DNA of 64,000 nt from Deltaproteobacteria bacterium (GTDB taxonomy: Bacteria > Myxococcota_A > Polyangia > Polyangiales > Houyiibacteriaceae), in contig JAXMNT010000004.1 of assembly GCA_034670305.1 (NCBI GenBank), positions 128,001 through 192,000 of the forward strand. The letters are read 5' to 3'. Shown piece by piece: positions 1 to 10,796 of the stretch. The position numbers and the translations under genes were made by a program. Each line of letters opens with the position of its first letter. The first letter of the stretch is position 1. The notes under the pieces are model-generated. The model saw nothing but the letters and a program-made list of their open reading frames with translations, had not been told where the DNA came from and did no database searches.

Positions 1-52
1 GCAAAGCCCACGCCTTCCCCTCTGCGAAGTAGCGCCTTCGCGGACGCGGGTA

Positions 53-77
53 GCGGAGCGCCCACGGGACGCTCCGC
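53..77 (-). terminator. Hairpin just downstream of four-helix-bundle copy 1
   Basis: Minus strand GCGGAGCGTCC-CGT-GGGCGCTCCGC, 8 nt after the stop; equivalent hairpin at 40939-40962. No clear U-tract here. Confidence 0.5.
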
Positions 78-85
78 CGCCCAGG

Positions 86-386
86 CTACCCGCGACTGAG
101 CTTGAACAACATCGCGCAGACGTGGTCCGCGAGGTCGTAGACGTCCTCCCCCACGTCCACGTACCCCATCACCCCCGCGACTTGAAGAGCCGCCTTCACC
201 TCGCGCGCTTCGCCAAGCGCGCGGGAGAACCCGTCGGGGTTCCGTCCGCCCCTCGCACTCCGAGACTCCGCTATCAAAAGCGGCACCGCCTGTGCCGCCC
301 GCCGCAGCGACTTCAGCGAAGCCTCGCGAATGCGAGGCAGAACCTCGCGTACGAGCACGAAGGAGCGACTTGTCGAATACCAGCAT
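86..386 (-). pseudogene. Four helix bundle protein (23S rRNA IVP/TIGR02436-like), frameshifted
   Basis: GGAGG RBS then ATG at 386 (MLVFDKSL), out of frame with the C-terminal part [12 protein letters not shown]...[12 protein letters not shown] (span 301 nt, not a multiple of 3); about 41/70 identical by my count to the C-terminus of 40969-41283. Confidence 0.75.
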
Positions 387-427
387 GTTGACCTCCCGGT
401 CGTTGCGCCGAGCGTGAACTCGCCCGA

Positions 428-556
428 GGGCGCGAAGCGCCCCCAGCTGTCGGCGGGGTGGCGGGTCAAGGACGAGCAAGCGCGAAGCGCGCCAGCGAAG
501 CGGCGGGCATCCCGCCGGGCCGAAGGCCTCCTTGAGGCGCCGCCTCGCCGACAGCT
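428..556 (+). repeat. Structured palindromic element, copy 1
   Basis: GGGCGC-GAA-GCGCCC hairpin, then long stem 445-463/538-556 and TCAAGGA/TCCTTGA enclosing GCGAAGC, GGCGG-GCATC-CCGCC and GGCC-GAA-GGCC. Confidence 0.85.
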
Positions 557-561
557 ACGCT
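532..561 (+). promoter_or_regulatory. Putative sigma70-type promoter within the element
   Basis: TTGAGG-18 nt-TACGCT; positional match TTGAGG-17 nt-CACGCT at 41402-41430. Confidence 0.45.
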
Positions 562-623
562 GGACCATCCATCGGGCCACCCACCTCCACGAGGAGGGGC
601 GCAGACTGGAGGCTGAGGTTCTG

Positions 624-996
624 CGTCGGCTTCGGCGGGCTTGCGTCGGCATCGGCGTCGGCGTCGGTTTCGGTTTCGGTTTCGGTTTCGGTTTCGGTTT
701 CGGTTTCGGCGTCGGGCATCGGCATCGGCTTCGGCATCGGCTTCGGCTTCGGCATCGGCTTCGGCTTCGGCATCGGCTTCGGCATCGGCGTCGGCTTCGG
801 CTCGGCGTGGGCTTCGGCTTCGGCGTCGGCTTCGGCGTGGGCTTCGGCTTCGGCATCGGCTTCGGCTTCGGCTTCGGCTTCGGCGTCGGCTTCGGCGTCG
901 GCTTCGGCGTCGGCTTCGGCGTCGACTGCTTTGGGATCGGCGTCGACTTTCGAGGGCACCAGCACCAGCACCAGCACCAGCACCAGCACCAGCACC
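624..996. repeat. Hexamer mosaic tract
   Basis: (TCGGC[T/A/G])n with (GGTTTC)7 at 666-707, then (AGCACC)6 at 961-996. Confidence 0.95.
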
Positions 997-1225
997 CACG
1001 GCCCGCCCTGTCCCGTCTGAGCAGCCCGTGCGTTTTCGCGTCCAGCCCCGCCTGGCGCCCCGCCCCGGAAAGATCGTCCAGGGACTGGCGCGGCCCCGAA
1101 CCCCTTGGCTATTCTCCCGCTCCGGGGGCTGCTGGGCGTGAGCAGTCTCCCACTCCAAACCGGTCGGGGGGCCTCGGTGGTTCTCCCGGCTCGACGCAAC
1201 CCCCCAGAAGCACTAGGTAGATCCG

Positions 1226-2476
<1,251 letters not shown>

Positions 2477-2598
2477 GCGCCCGCCGACGGCCCTCCCCCA
2501 CCGACCCAGTTCGGTGAATGGGCACCTCTTGTCGGCGTCCTGCTTGCGACCCACTTCATCTGTTCAACACACACGTGGCCACGGGGCCGGGAGCTTGG

Positions 2599-5088
2599 AT
2601 GTTCTTCCATAAGAACGACGACGACAGCAAGAAGAGCGATGGGGGCAAGGCCGCGATGGTCCCCCTCCTGCCACTGCGGGACATCATCGTGTTCCCGCAC
2701 ATGGTCGTGCCGCTCTTCGTCGGACGCGAAAAGTCGATCAACGCCCTCGAAGAGGCGATGAGCCACGAGAAGCGCATTCTCCTCGCCGCCCAGAAGAAGG
2801 CGAAGACCAACGACCCGACGCCGGACGACATCTTCACCGTCGGCACCGTCGGCACCATCATTCAGTTGCTCCGCCTCCCCGACGGCACCGTGAAGGTGCT
2901 CGTCGAAGGCAAGCAGCGTGCGCGCATTCAGCGGTTCATCCCGAACGAGGAGTTCTTCCTCTGCGATGTGGAGCCGATCGAAGACGACCCGACCACCTCG
3001 GTCGAGGTCGAAGCGCTCATGCGCAGCGTGCAGACCGCCTTCGAGACCTACGTGAAGCTCAACAAGCGCATCGCGCCCGAGATGCTGAACACGGTCCAGA
3101 CCATCGAGGATCCGTCCCGCCTCGCCGACACCATCGTCGTGCAACTGACGAGCATCAAACTCGACGACCGACAGGAAATCCTCGAGACGACCGACCCTGC
3201 CAAACGCCTCGAACGACTCTTCGAACTCATGAACGGCGAGATCGAGATTCTCCAAGTGGAGAAGAAGATCCGTTCGCGCGTGAAGAAGCAAATGGAGAAG
3301 TCGCAGAAGGAGTACTACCTCAACGAGCAGATGCAGGCGATCCAGAAGGAACTCGGCGAGAAGGACGAGTTCAAGACGGAGATCCAAGAGATCGAGGAGA
3401 AGCTCAAGACCAAGAAGCTCTCCAAAGAAGCGCTCACCAAGGTCAAGAAGGAGCTCAAGAAGCTCAAGATGATGCAGCCGATGAGTGCGGAGGCGACCGT
3501 CGTCCGCAACTACATCGACTGGGTTCTGTCTTTGCCGTGGTTCGACATGAGCGAAGAGAACTACGACATCGACAAAGCCGAGCAGATTCTCGACGAGGAT
3601 CACTACGGCCTGCGCAAACCCAAAGAGCGCATCCTCGAGTATCTCGCGGTGCAGGCGCTCGTGAAGAAGCTCAAGGGCCCGGTGCTCTGCCTCGTCGGAC
3701 CGCCTGGCGTCGGCAAGACCTCACTCGCGCGCAGCATCGCGCGGGCCACCGGCCGCGACTTCGTCCGGCTCAGCCTCGGCGGCGTGCGCGACGAAGCGGA
3801 GATCCGCGGCCACCGCCGCACGTACATCGGCGCCCTCCCCGGCCGCCTCGTCCAGTCGCTCCGCAAGTGCGGCACGAACAACCCGGTCTTCCTACTCGAC
3901 GAGATCGACAAGATGTCGTCGGACTTCCGTGGCGACCCCGCGGCGGCGCTGCTCGAAGTGCTCGACCCCGAGCAGAACAGCAACTTCAACGACCACTACC
4001 TCGACCTGGACTACGACCTGTCGGACGTCATGTTCATCACGACGGCCAACGCGCTCTCGGGCATCCCGCTCCCGCTCCGGGACCGCATGGAGATCCTCGA
4101 ACTCAGTGGGTACACCGAGTTCGAGAAGCTCAACATCGCGGTGAAGTACCTCGTGCCGCGTCAGATCGAAGCCGCGGGCCTCGAAGACGTCGACGTCGAG
4201 ATCACCGAGAACGCGGTCCGCACGATCATCCACCACTACACCCGCGAGAGCGGCGTTCGAAACCTCGAACGCGAAGTGGGCAGCGTGTGCCGCAAGATCG
4301 CGCGCCGGGTGCTGACCGAAGGCAAAGACAAGAAGTACCGCATCGCCGCGCGCACGATCCCTGAGTTCCTCGGCGTGCCGAAGTTCCAACCGAACAAGGC
4401 GAACGAAGCGGACGAAGTCGGCCTCGTGCACGGCCTCGCGTACACCGTCTTCGGTGGATGCATTCTCGACTGCGAAGCGGCCATCGTGCCGGGCAAGGGC
4501 AAGCTCGTGATCACGGGCCAGCTCAGCAAGGGCATGACGGAGTCCGCGCAGGCGGCGATGAGCTACATCCGCTCGCGCCACAAGGCCTTGGGGCTCGACG
4601 AGACCTTCCACGAGACCTGCGACGTGCACGTGCACTTCCCGGGCTACGAGTCGAAGGACGGACCGAGCGCCGGCATCACGATGGCGACCACCATCGCGAG
4701 CGCGCTGCTCAAGATCCCCGTGCGCAAGAACGTCGCGATGACCGGTGAGATCACGCTGCGCGGCCGGGTCATGCCGATCGGCGGCCTCAAAGAGAAGATG
4801 CTCGCCGCGCACCGCGCCGGCATCGACACCGTTCTCGTGCCGATCGACAACCGCAAGGATCTCCGCGAGATCCCGAAGCGCGTGCTCAAGACCACCCGCG
4901 TCGTGCTCGTCGAACACATGGACCAGGTCCTCGCCGAAGCGCTCGTACTGAGCGATCCGGACGAGCTCTTCGGTCAGAACCGCACCCTCCCGATCGAGTA
5001 CCGCCAGGGCAAGCTCATCGAACCCGCCACCGAGACCGCAGCCGACGTCCCCGAGCCGACCGCCGACGCCCCCGGCGCCCAGCAGTAA
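2599..5088 (+). CDS. lon: Lon protease (endopeptidase La)
   Basis: [10 protein letters not shown]-domain, [24 protein letters not shown] catalytic Ser, GGLKEK; ATG at 2599 after GGGAG. Confidence 0.98.
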   Translation: MFFHKNDDDSKKSDGGKAAMVPLLPLRDIIVFPHMVVPLFVGREKSINALEEAMSHEKRILLAAQKKAKTNDPTPDDIFTVGTVGTIIQLLRLPDGTVKVLVEGKQRARIQRFIPNEEFFLCDVEPIEDDPTTSVEVEALMRSVQTAFETYVKLNKRIAPEMLNTVQTIEDPSRLADTIVVQLTSIKLDDRQEILETTDPAKRLERLFELMNGEIEILQVEKKIRSRVKKQMEKSQKEYYLNEQMQAIQKELGEKDEFKTEIQEIEEKLKTKKLSKEALTKVKKELKKLKMMQPMSAEATVVRNYIDWVLSLPWFDMSEENYDIDKAEQILDEDHYGLRKPKERILEYLAVQALVKKLKGPVLCLVGPPGVGKTSLARSIARATGRDFVRLSLGGVRDEAEIRGHRRTYIGALPGRLVQSLRKCGTNNPVFLLDEIDKMSSDFRGDPAAALLEVLDPEQNSNFNDHYLDLDYDLSDVMFITTANALSGIPLPLRDRMEILELSGYTEFEKLNIAVKYLVPRQIEAAGLEDVDVEITENAVRTIIHHYTRESGVRNLEREVGSVCRKIARRVLTEGKDKKYRIAARTIPEFLGVPKFQPNKANEADEVGLVHGLAYTVFGGCILDCEAAIVPGKGKLVITGQLSKGMTESAQAAMSYIRSRHKALGLDETFHETCDVHVHFPGYESKDGPSAGITMATTIASALLKIPVRKNVAMTGEITLRGRVMPIGGLKEKMLAAHRAGIDTVLVPIDNRKDLREIPKRVLKTTRVVLVEHMDQVLAEALVLSDPDELFGQNRTLPIEYRQGKLIEPATETAADVPEPTADAPGAQQ

Positions 5089-5089
5089 C

Positions 5090-5218
5090 ACTCGACACGG
5101 GCACGGACTTCGGCCCGTGTCGGCTTCCGTCGTGTCGGCGACATTCTTGGGGCACAGCCCCCAAACCCCGTCCCGGTGACACGGCTTGCTCGCTTCGCTC
5201 GGCTTCGCCGCGTCGAGT
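5090..5218. repeat. REP-like structured intergenic element
   Basis: Closed by ACTCGAC/GTCGAGT; internal CGACACGGG..CCCGTGTCG and TTGGGG..CCCCAA stems; GCGAAGC on the minus strand. Confidence 0.55.
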
Positions 5219-5222
5219 ATCA

Positions 5223-5361
5223 GCTTCGGCTTCGGCGTCGGCTTCGGCTCCGGCATCGGCTTCGGCATCGGCATCGGCTTCGGCTTCGGCTTCGGCTTCG
5301 GCTTCGGCTTCGGCTTCGGCTTCGGCTTCGGCGAATCGGCATCGGCTTCGGCCTCGGCTTC
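5223..5361. repeat. Hexamer tract
   Basis: (TTCGGC)n with ATCGGC variants. Confidence 0.95.
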
Positions 5362-5367
5362 GCGCGA

Positions 5368-5395
5368 TTGACGGTCTCAGACGCTCCGCTAAGCT
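5368..5395 (+). promoter_or_regulatory. sigma70 promoter of tRNA-Val
   Basis: TTGACG-16 nt-TAAGCT, 19 nt before the tRNA. Confidence 0.7.
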
Positions 5396-5414
5396 CGCCC
5401 CCGCTTGCTTCCCT

Positions 5415-5486
5415 GGGTGGGTAGCTCAGCGGTAGAGCGGCGCCTTTACACGGCGCTGGTCGCAGGTTCGATCCCTGTCCCACCCA
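5415..5486 (+). tRNA. tRNA-Val(TAC)
   Basis: GGGTGGG/CCCACCC acceptor stem, GCGCC-TTTACAC-GGCGC anticodon arm, GGTTCGATCC T-loop; followed by CCG, so CCA is not fully encoded. Confidence 0.97.
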
Positions 5487-5502
5487 CCGCGCGCCGCGCC
5501 GC

Positions 5503-6573
5503 TCAGAGCTGAAGGCGGCGCAGTACGGCGTCCAACTCGACCGCGGGCGAACCGGCGGTCCGAGTCACGAAGATGCCGGGCCTCGGTTGCACGGAGGTCG
5601 CGTTGCCACCGAGGAACGCAGGCGGGTTGCTGAGGCCGGACTGGCTCGCGTTCGGGCGTGCGGCGCACTCTTCGAGGCAGTACAAGACGTCCGCCGGGGT
5701 GTCGCCTTGCCGGGTGCACGCGGTGGTGGCAGCGCTCGGTTCCGCGGCGAGCCGGACCAGAAGATCGACGCGGCGTGCGCTCTGGCAGCGACCGTCCGCG
5801 GGCACGTCGGCTTCGGTCGTTGGCGCGGGGCAGGTCGCGCCTTCGGCGGTCGGGTTCATGCGGGTGCTCAGCCACTGGCTCGCGAGGCCGACCGAAGCGA
5901 CTCGGATCGTGCCCGCTCCACCGAGGCCGGTGCGGACGGAGTCGGCGGCGCGCGCGGCGCGGCACCAAGCGAGCCGTTCGTTGGCGCGGTCGCGGTTGCG
6001 GACCACGCGGGGCCACGGCGACTCGGCCCAGCCGTCGCGCAGATCGCGGCAGTCGAGGCGCTGGTTGACCGGCGGTTCGAGGTCGACGTGTCCCACCACC
6101 GCGACGTCGATCGAGTCGAGGTGGGAGGCCATCGAACGCAAGCCATGGCCGAGACACTCGAACGCGTTGGTGCCGCCTTCGCAGGCGGTGGGGCTGCCGA
6201 ACTCGTGGCGGCCGGAGGCGAAGAAGTCGTCGGCGCCACAGCTGACCCGCCACTGAAGCGGCGTGTCGCCGACGAGCTCGATTGAACAGAGCCGGCCAAT
6301 CGCGGCGCGCACCTGGCTGAGCGCTTCGGCGGCTTGCTGAAACGTCGTCGCGGGGATGGCGCTGCGACACCGCTGGTCGAGGGCGCGCATGCGGGCGACC
6401 GGCGCCGGGTCCGAGGGAACCGAGGCGACTTCGATCGCGGTGGTGCTGGCGCCGTCGCCGGCGGGCGCGGTGGTGCCGGCGCAAGGCACCGCGAGCAGCG
6501 CGACCAGAGAGAGCGCGGGGAGCGATGCCCCTCCGTGCGTAGAACGGTGCGTGAAACTGCGCAGGCCCATCAT
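5503..6573 (-). CDS. Secreted Cys-rich protein with OmpA/MotB-like domain
   Basis: Hydrophobic N-terminus; FFASG, VVGHVD, NERLAWCRA..., RRVDLLV match the OmpA C-domain pattern; ATGA overlap with the upstream gene. Confidence 0.65.
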   Translation of the reverse strand: MMGLRSFTHRSTHGGASLPALSLVALLAVPCAGTTAPAGDGASTTAIEVASVPSDPAPVARMRALDQRCRSAIPATTFQQAAEALSQVRAAIGRLCSIELVGDTPLQWRVSCGADDFFASGRHEFGSPTACEGGTNAFECLGHGLRSMASHLDSIDVAVVGHVDLEPPVNQRLDCRDLRDGWAESPWPRVVRNRDRANERLAWCRAARAADSVRTGLGGAGTIRVASVGLASQWLSTRMNPTAEGATCPAPTTEADVPADGRCQSARRVDLLVRLAAEPSAATTACTRQGDTPADVLYCLEECAARPNASQSGLSNPPAFLGGNATSVQPRPGIFVTRTAGSPAVELDAVLRRLQL

Positions 6574-8780
6574 CGGCCTCCGAGCAGCTCGATCAAGGAC
6601 GTGATGTCGACGCCGACGAAGAAGCTGTAGACCTCGTCGTCGGGGTGCGGCCAGGGCACGTGGATCGCGAAGCCCGCGGTGATGAGCCGCGGTGCGATCT
6701 CCGGCCAGCCCCAGCTCATCGACGCCATCAGTGCCGGGCTGACGCGGCTGGCGCGGCCGTCTTCCCAGGCGATGGACGCCGTCACCGGCACGGAGAGTTC
6801 GAAGACGAACCCAGCGTTGAGATGCAGGTCCGTGTAGAAAATCGGAAGCGCGATGCCGATCGCAGCCGGCGACGGTTTGCTGAAGAACACCCCGAGGCTC
6901 GCGTGTCCGAGGAAGCCGATGCGCAGCTGGCGCCGGTCCGAGTTGCCCACGTTGCCGACGACCCGTGGGTCCCACGACTTGAACGCGGCGCGCGCGAGGC
7001 AGCGTTTGCCGCGGCCGTCGTCGGAGATGAGGTGCACGTGCACGACCTCATCGGGTCCGGACTCGCCAGCGCCGCGCAGGGTCGGTTCGCCGGAAAGCGG
7101 ACACTCGGGGTCGGCGGTGATCATCGTGTACATGGCGGGCAGCGGCGAGTGGCCTGGGCCGGCCGATGCACCGACGTAGGGCGTCGCGCGGCTGAGCAAG
7201 GTCGGAGCGCCGGTGCTCGGGTGGTTCCAAGCCGCCGCGAAGCCTTCCGGGGTGGCGAGTTCGAAGGTGAGCGCGTCGTTGCGACGGCTGCGGGCGAACG
7301 TGTTCGGGTCGTCGACCTGCACGCCCTGCCAGCCGGGGATGTCGCCGGCGTCGGCGCCGTTCGAGTGACGCTGCACGCCGCGCGGGATCCAGTCGACGCC
7401 AGCGTCCACGATGCCCACCCGCCCGAGCGACACCGTCGCCGGTGCGGCGCACGCCCCCTGGGTCGCGACGCGCACGTCGTAGAAGCCGCGCGTGAGCGGG
7501 CCGGCTTCGACGGTCTCTCGACCGGAGCAGATCACGGTGCCATCGGGGATGCGCAGCGACGAGCCAGTGAGCCCGACGAAGAGCGGCGTCTCCGGCGCAG
7601 GCGCACACTCCACGTCGTGATCGCGGTCGGTGCGGGGCACCTGGCCGCTTGGGGTCACGTCGACACGGCGGTGGGTGAGGCAGACCTCCGCTGTCGCGAA
7701 CCGTTCGCCGATCGAGGCGACCGCCGCGACCTCAGGAAAGCTCCGTCCGATGTGGGTCTGGGCGCCGCGCTGAGGTTCGGCGCCGCCCTGCGACGCGCCA
7801 CCCCGGGCGCCGTAGCTCGCGTTCATGCACAGGTGCGACTCGTTGGCGAGCGCCTGGAGCCATCCGAGCGTGGGCGCGAAGCGTGTCCCGTTCTCGCCGT
7901 ACTGTTCGTTCATCCGCCCGGCGAGCCAACCTTCGTCGAACGCGACGCCACCGGCGGTCACGACCAGCGGGATCTCCTCGGCGGTCTCGTCGTCGCATGC
8001 GGTCCGCGGGGTGGCGCCTCGTTTGCGCACCACCCGAACCGCACCGGCCGCGAGGGCGGTGCGGAGTTCGGCCCACACGTCGTCGTCGCCGGCCGGCACG
8101 AACCGGAAGCCGCGCTCGCCATCCCACGACGGTCGGAGGAGCGTGGTGTTCTCGGCGCGCATCGCGGCCTGCAGCGGCGTCTCGCCGCCCGGTGCCACGC
8201 GACCGAGCGCGTACGGCGGCTGCCCCGCGGCGCTCGCCTGGACATCCCAGCCCGCCTGACAGACCGGAAGCGAGACCGTGTCGGCGCCAGGGGCGAGCTG
8301 CGCGGTCAGCCCCTCTCGGCTGTTGCGGCAGGTGAACTGAAGCGCGACGGAAGCCGCGCCACACGAAGCGGCGCGGCGGCGCACGTCGAGCGCGCCCGGC
8401 GTCGCGGCGGGCGCGACCGAGAACGCGCCGCCCGCTTGGAGCAGGTAGTCCGTGCAGTGGTGCAGGAACACCGACGACACTTCGGCCGGCAGGTCGCGCC
8501 GGCGGCCGTAGACCGTGGTCTGGTCGCCGGGATTCCAGCCGAGTCCCGCGAGCAGGCTCGTGATCGAGCCTCGGTCTCGAAGGGTGCGGAATCCTTCGTC
8601 TGGATCCCGGGAGTACTCGCAGTCCACATCCAGCTGGATGCGGTCGCCCAGCACCACCGGCGCGCTCGCGACGGCCTCACCGCCGAAGCAACGCGGCTGG
8701 GCGGCTTGCGCCGATGCCGTCGAGTGTCCGAACCCCAGGCACGCCAGAAGCGCCCCACCCCACACCACGTATCGAGTCAT
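6570..8780 (-). CDS. Large secreted/outer-membrane hypothetical protein
   Basis: Signal peptide MTRYVVWGGALLACLGFGHSTASA-Q; paired Cys; amphipathic beta-strand C-terminus. Confidence 0.7.
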   Translation of the reverse strand: MTRYVVWGGALLACLGFGHSTASAQAAQPRCFGGEAVASAPVVLGDRIQLDVDCEYSRDPDEGFRTLRDRGSITSLLAGLGWNPGDQTTVYGRRRDLPAEVSSVFLHHCTDYLLQAGGAFSVAPAATPGALDVRRRAASCGAASVALQFTCRNSREGLTAQLAPGADTVSLPVCQAGWDVQASAAGQPPYALGRVAPGGETPLQAAMRAENTTLLRPSWDGERGFRFVPAGDDDVWAELRTALAAGAVRVVRKRGATPRTACDDETAEEIPLVVTAGGVAFDEGWLAGRMNEQYGENGTRFAPTLGWLQALANESHLCMNASYGARGGASQGGAEPQRGAQTHIGRSFPEVAAVASIGERFATAEVCLTHRRVDVTPSGQVPRTDRDHDVECAPAPETPLFVGLTGSSLRIPDGTVICSGRETVEAGPLTRGFYDVRVATQGACAAPATVSLGRVGIVDAGVDWIPRGVQRHSNGADAGDIPGWQGVQVDDPNTFARSRRNDALTFELATPEGFAAAWNHPSTGAPTLLSRATPYVGASAGPGHSPLPAMYTMITADPECPLSGEPTLRGAGESGPDEVVHVHLISDDGRGKRCLARAAFKSWDPRVVGNVGNSDRRQLRIGFLGHASLGVFFSKPSPAAIGIALPIFYTDLHLNAGFVFELSVPVTASIAWEDGRASRVSPALMASMSWGWPEIAPRLITAGFAIHVPWPHPDDEVYSFFVGVDITSLIELLGGR

Positions 8781-8839
8781 CGCTGCGGTTGTGGCCAATT
8801 GAACGCGGTTGTTCAAGCGGACGCCCCGCCAGAAACGGG

Positions 8840-10126
8840 TCAGACGATGGGATCGGTGGGATCCGCCGCGACCTCGCCGGCCGCCACGCTCAAACGGACC
8901 GTGCAGCCGTCCGGCTCCGCCTGTACTTCGAGGTCGCCGCCGTGGGCGAGCGCGATGCGCCGGACGAGCGAGAGCCCCAGCCCGAGGCCGGTCTCTCCGT
9001 GCCCGTCGTGGTCCCCCCGGCTGAACGGCGCCGCGAGTTCCAAGTCGAAGCCCGGTCCGCCGTCGCGCAGCTCGAACGCGGTGACCGCACCATCCACGAC
9101 GACTTCGAGGGAGACGAGGCCACCCCCGTGGCGTTCCGCGTTGTCGATGAGGTTCGCCAGTGCGCGGGCGAGCAGGGTCGCGTCGCCAACCACCTGGGCG
9201 TCGCCATCGACCTGCAGCAGCCCAGCGTCGAGGCCTTGCCGTTCCAGCGCGCGGCGCGCCAACTCGACCGCATCGAGCGGCCGGCGGTCGACGTCCTGGA
9301 AGTCGAGTCGGGAGCGCACGAGCAACTCGCCGACCAGGTCGTCCATCTCCGCGACCTCCCGCTCGAGTTCTTCGATCGCGTTCTCGTCGCCTTCGCGCGC
9401 GAGCTCCAGCAAGAGCCGAATGTGACCGAGCGGGGTGCGCATCTCGTGGGAGACCGCGGCGAGCAACTCGCGCTGCTCCGCGAGTTGTCGACCGATGCGC
9501 GCCGCCATCTCGTTCACCGTCGTGGCCAGCAGCCCTTCCTCGCCGTGGTAGCGGTGCGAGACCCGGGCCTCGAGATCCCCTTCGCCAATCTTCTTGGCGA
9601 CCCGCGCCACTTCGCGGAGCGGCCGGCCGAGCCGGGCCGCGAGCACCCCGCTGAGCCCCATCAAGACGAACACCGCGAGACCCAGCGCGAGAAACACCGG
9701 GCCGTGCGGCGGACCAGGGCCGCGCAGGCACGCGACCACCGAACCGCGTCCCGGCACCACCACGCGGTGGGGCGCGCGGCAGGTCTGGCCGCGTCGGAGG
9801 ACGCGGCCGTCCACGTCCAGCAAGGTCAGGTTCACGTCGAGGTCGCGCGCCACCGCGTCGGCGAGTTCTTCCCGGGCTTCGACGTCGTCCCACACCTGCT
9901 CGAAGCGCCCGGCCGCGAACGACTGCAATCGCTGAAGCGATTCCTCCCAGCGTTTGCCCCCGCTGATCTGCATCACGAGCCCGACCGTGCATCCGGTCGC
10001 CGAGATCGCGAGCACGAACCAGAGAAACAAGCGTCGCCGCAGCGTGTGGCGGTGTTTGCGCCACCGCCGCCAGCCGCGCCGCCGGTGCGGACCGCGGGGG
10101 CCGTGTCCGTGTCCGTGTCCGCGCAT
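8840..10126 (-). CDS. Sensor histidine kinase (HAMP-HisKA-HATPase)
   Basis: Two TM helices, SHEMRTPL, NLIDNA, DGGPG, GLGLGL. Confidence 0.95.
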   Translation of the reverse strand: MRGHGHGHGPRGPHRRRGWRRWRKHRHTLRRRLFLWFVLAISATGCTVGLVMQISGGKRWEESLQRLQSFAAGRFEQVWDDVEAREELADAVARDLDVNLTLLDVDGRVLRRGQTCRAPHRVVVPGRGSVVACLRGPGPPHGPVFLALGLAVFVLMGLSGVLAARLGRPLREVARVAKKIGEGDLEARVSHRYHGEEGLLATTVNEMAARIGRQLAEQRELLAAVSHEMRTPLGHIRLLLELAREGDENAIEELEREVAEMDDLVGELLVRSRLDFQDVDRRPLDAVELARRALERQGLDAGLLQVDGDAQVVGDATLLARALANLIDNAERHGGGLVSLEVVVDGAVTAFELRDGGPGFDLELAAPFSRGDHDGHGETGLGLGLSLVRRIALAHGGDLEVQAEPDGCTVRLSVAAGEVAADPTDPIV

Positions 10127-10788
10127 CAGTCGCTTCCGATCACGTAGCCGATGCCGCGCACGGTGCGGATGCGGGTCTTGCCGATCTTCCGACGCAGCTT
10201 GGACACGTGCACGTCGACGGTGCGCTCGCCCACGACTTCGTCGCGTCCGGCCGCGCGCAAGAGCGCGGCCCGCGGCACCACGCGACCGGCCCGCCGCATC
10301 AATGCGACCAGCAGGTCGAACTCGAGCCCGGTCAGCTCGATGTCGCTGCCTTCGACCCGCGCACGGCGCGCGCCCACTTCCACCTCGACCCCGCTGCTGC
10401 TCAGCCGCTCTTCGCTGAGCTCCGGTCGCATGCGCCGGAGCACGGCGCGCAGCCGCGCCAAGAGTTCCCGTGGGCTGAAGGGTTTTGGCACGTAGTCGTC
10501 CGCGCCGAGCTCCAGGCCCACCACCCGATCGGTTTCGTCGCCACGAGCGGTCAGCATGATCACCGGAATGGAGGTGTCCGCGCGCATGCGGCGCAGGACC
10601 TCCAGCCCGTCGATGCCGGGCATCATCACATCGAGCAACACGGCGTCGAACGCGTCCTCGCGCAGGTTGGCGAGGCCGGCTTCGCCACTCGACGCGTGCT
10701 CGAGCGCCACCCCGTGCGGACGGAGAAAACGCTCGAGCAGCTCGAAGAGCCGCTGGTCATCGTCGATGAGCAGCACGCGCGTGGCCAT
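10126..10788 (-). CDS. OmpR-family response regulator
   Basis: LLIDDD, LLDVMMPG, GADDYVPKPF, VDVHVSKLRRK, TVRGIGY. Confidence 0.96.
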   Translation of the reverse strand: MATRVLLIDDDQRLFELLERFLRPHGVALEHASSGEAGLANLREDAFDAVLLDVMMPGIDGLEVLRRMRADTSIPVIMLTARGDETDRVVGLELGADDYVPKPFSPRELLARLRAVLRRMRPELSEERLSSSGVEVEVGARRARVEGSDIELTGLEFDLLVALMRRAGRVVPRAALLRAAGRDEVVGERTVDVHVSKLRRKIGKTRIRTVRGIGYVIGSD

Positions 10789-10796
10789 GCTCCCTT

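Noticed and set aside
330-1220. Long ORFs of dipeptide repeats (GFGF, SASA, RLRL, PKPK, EAEA) here and across all tracts
   Set aside because: Stop-free hexamers open all six frames; no consistent start or RBS; real gene starts lie outside the tracts.
10099-10121. (CCGTGT)3 as a member of the intergenic tract family
   Set aside because: Lies in the kinase coding region and encodes GHGHGH; better explained at the protein level.
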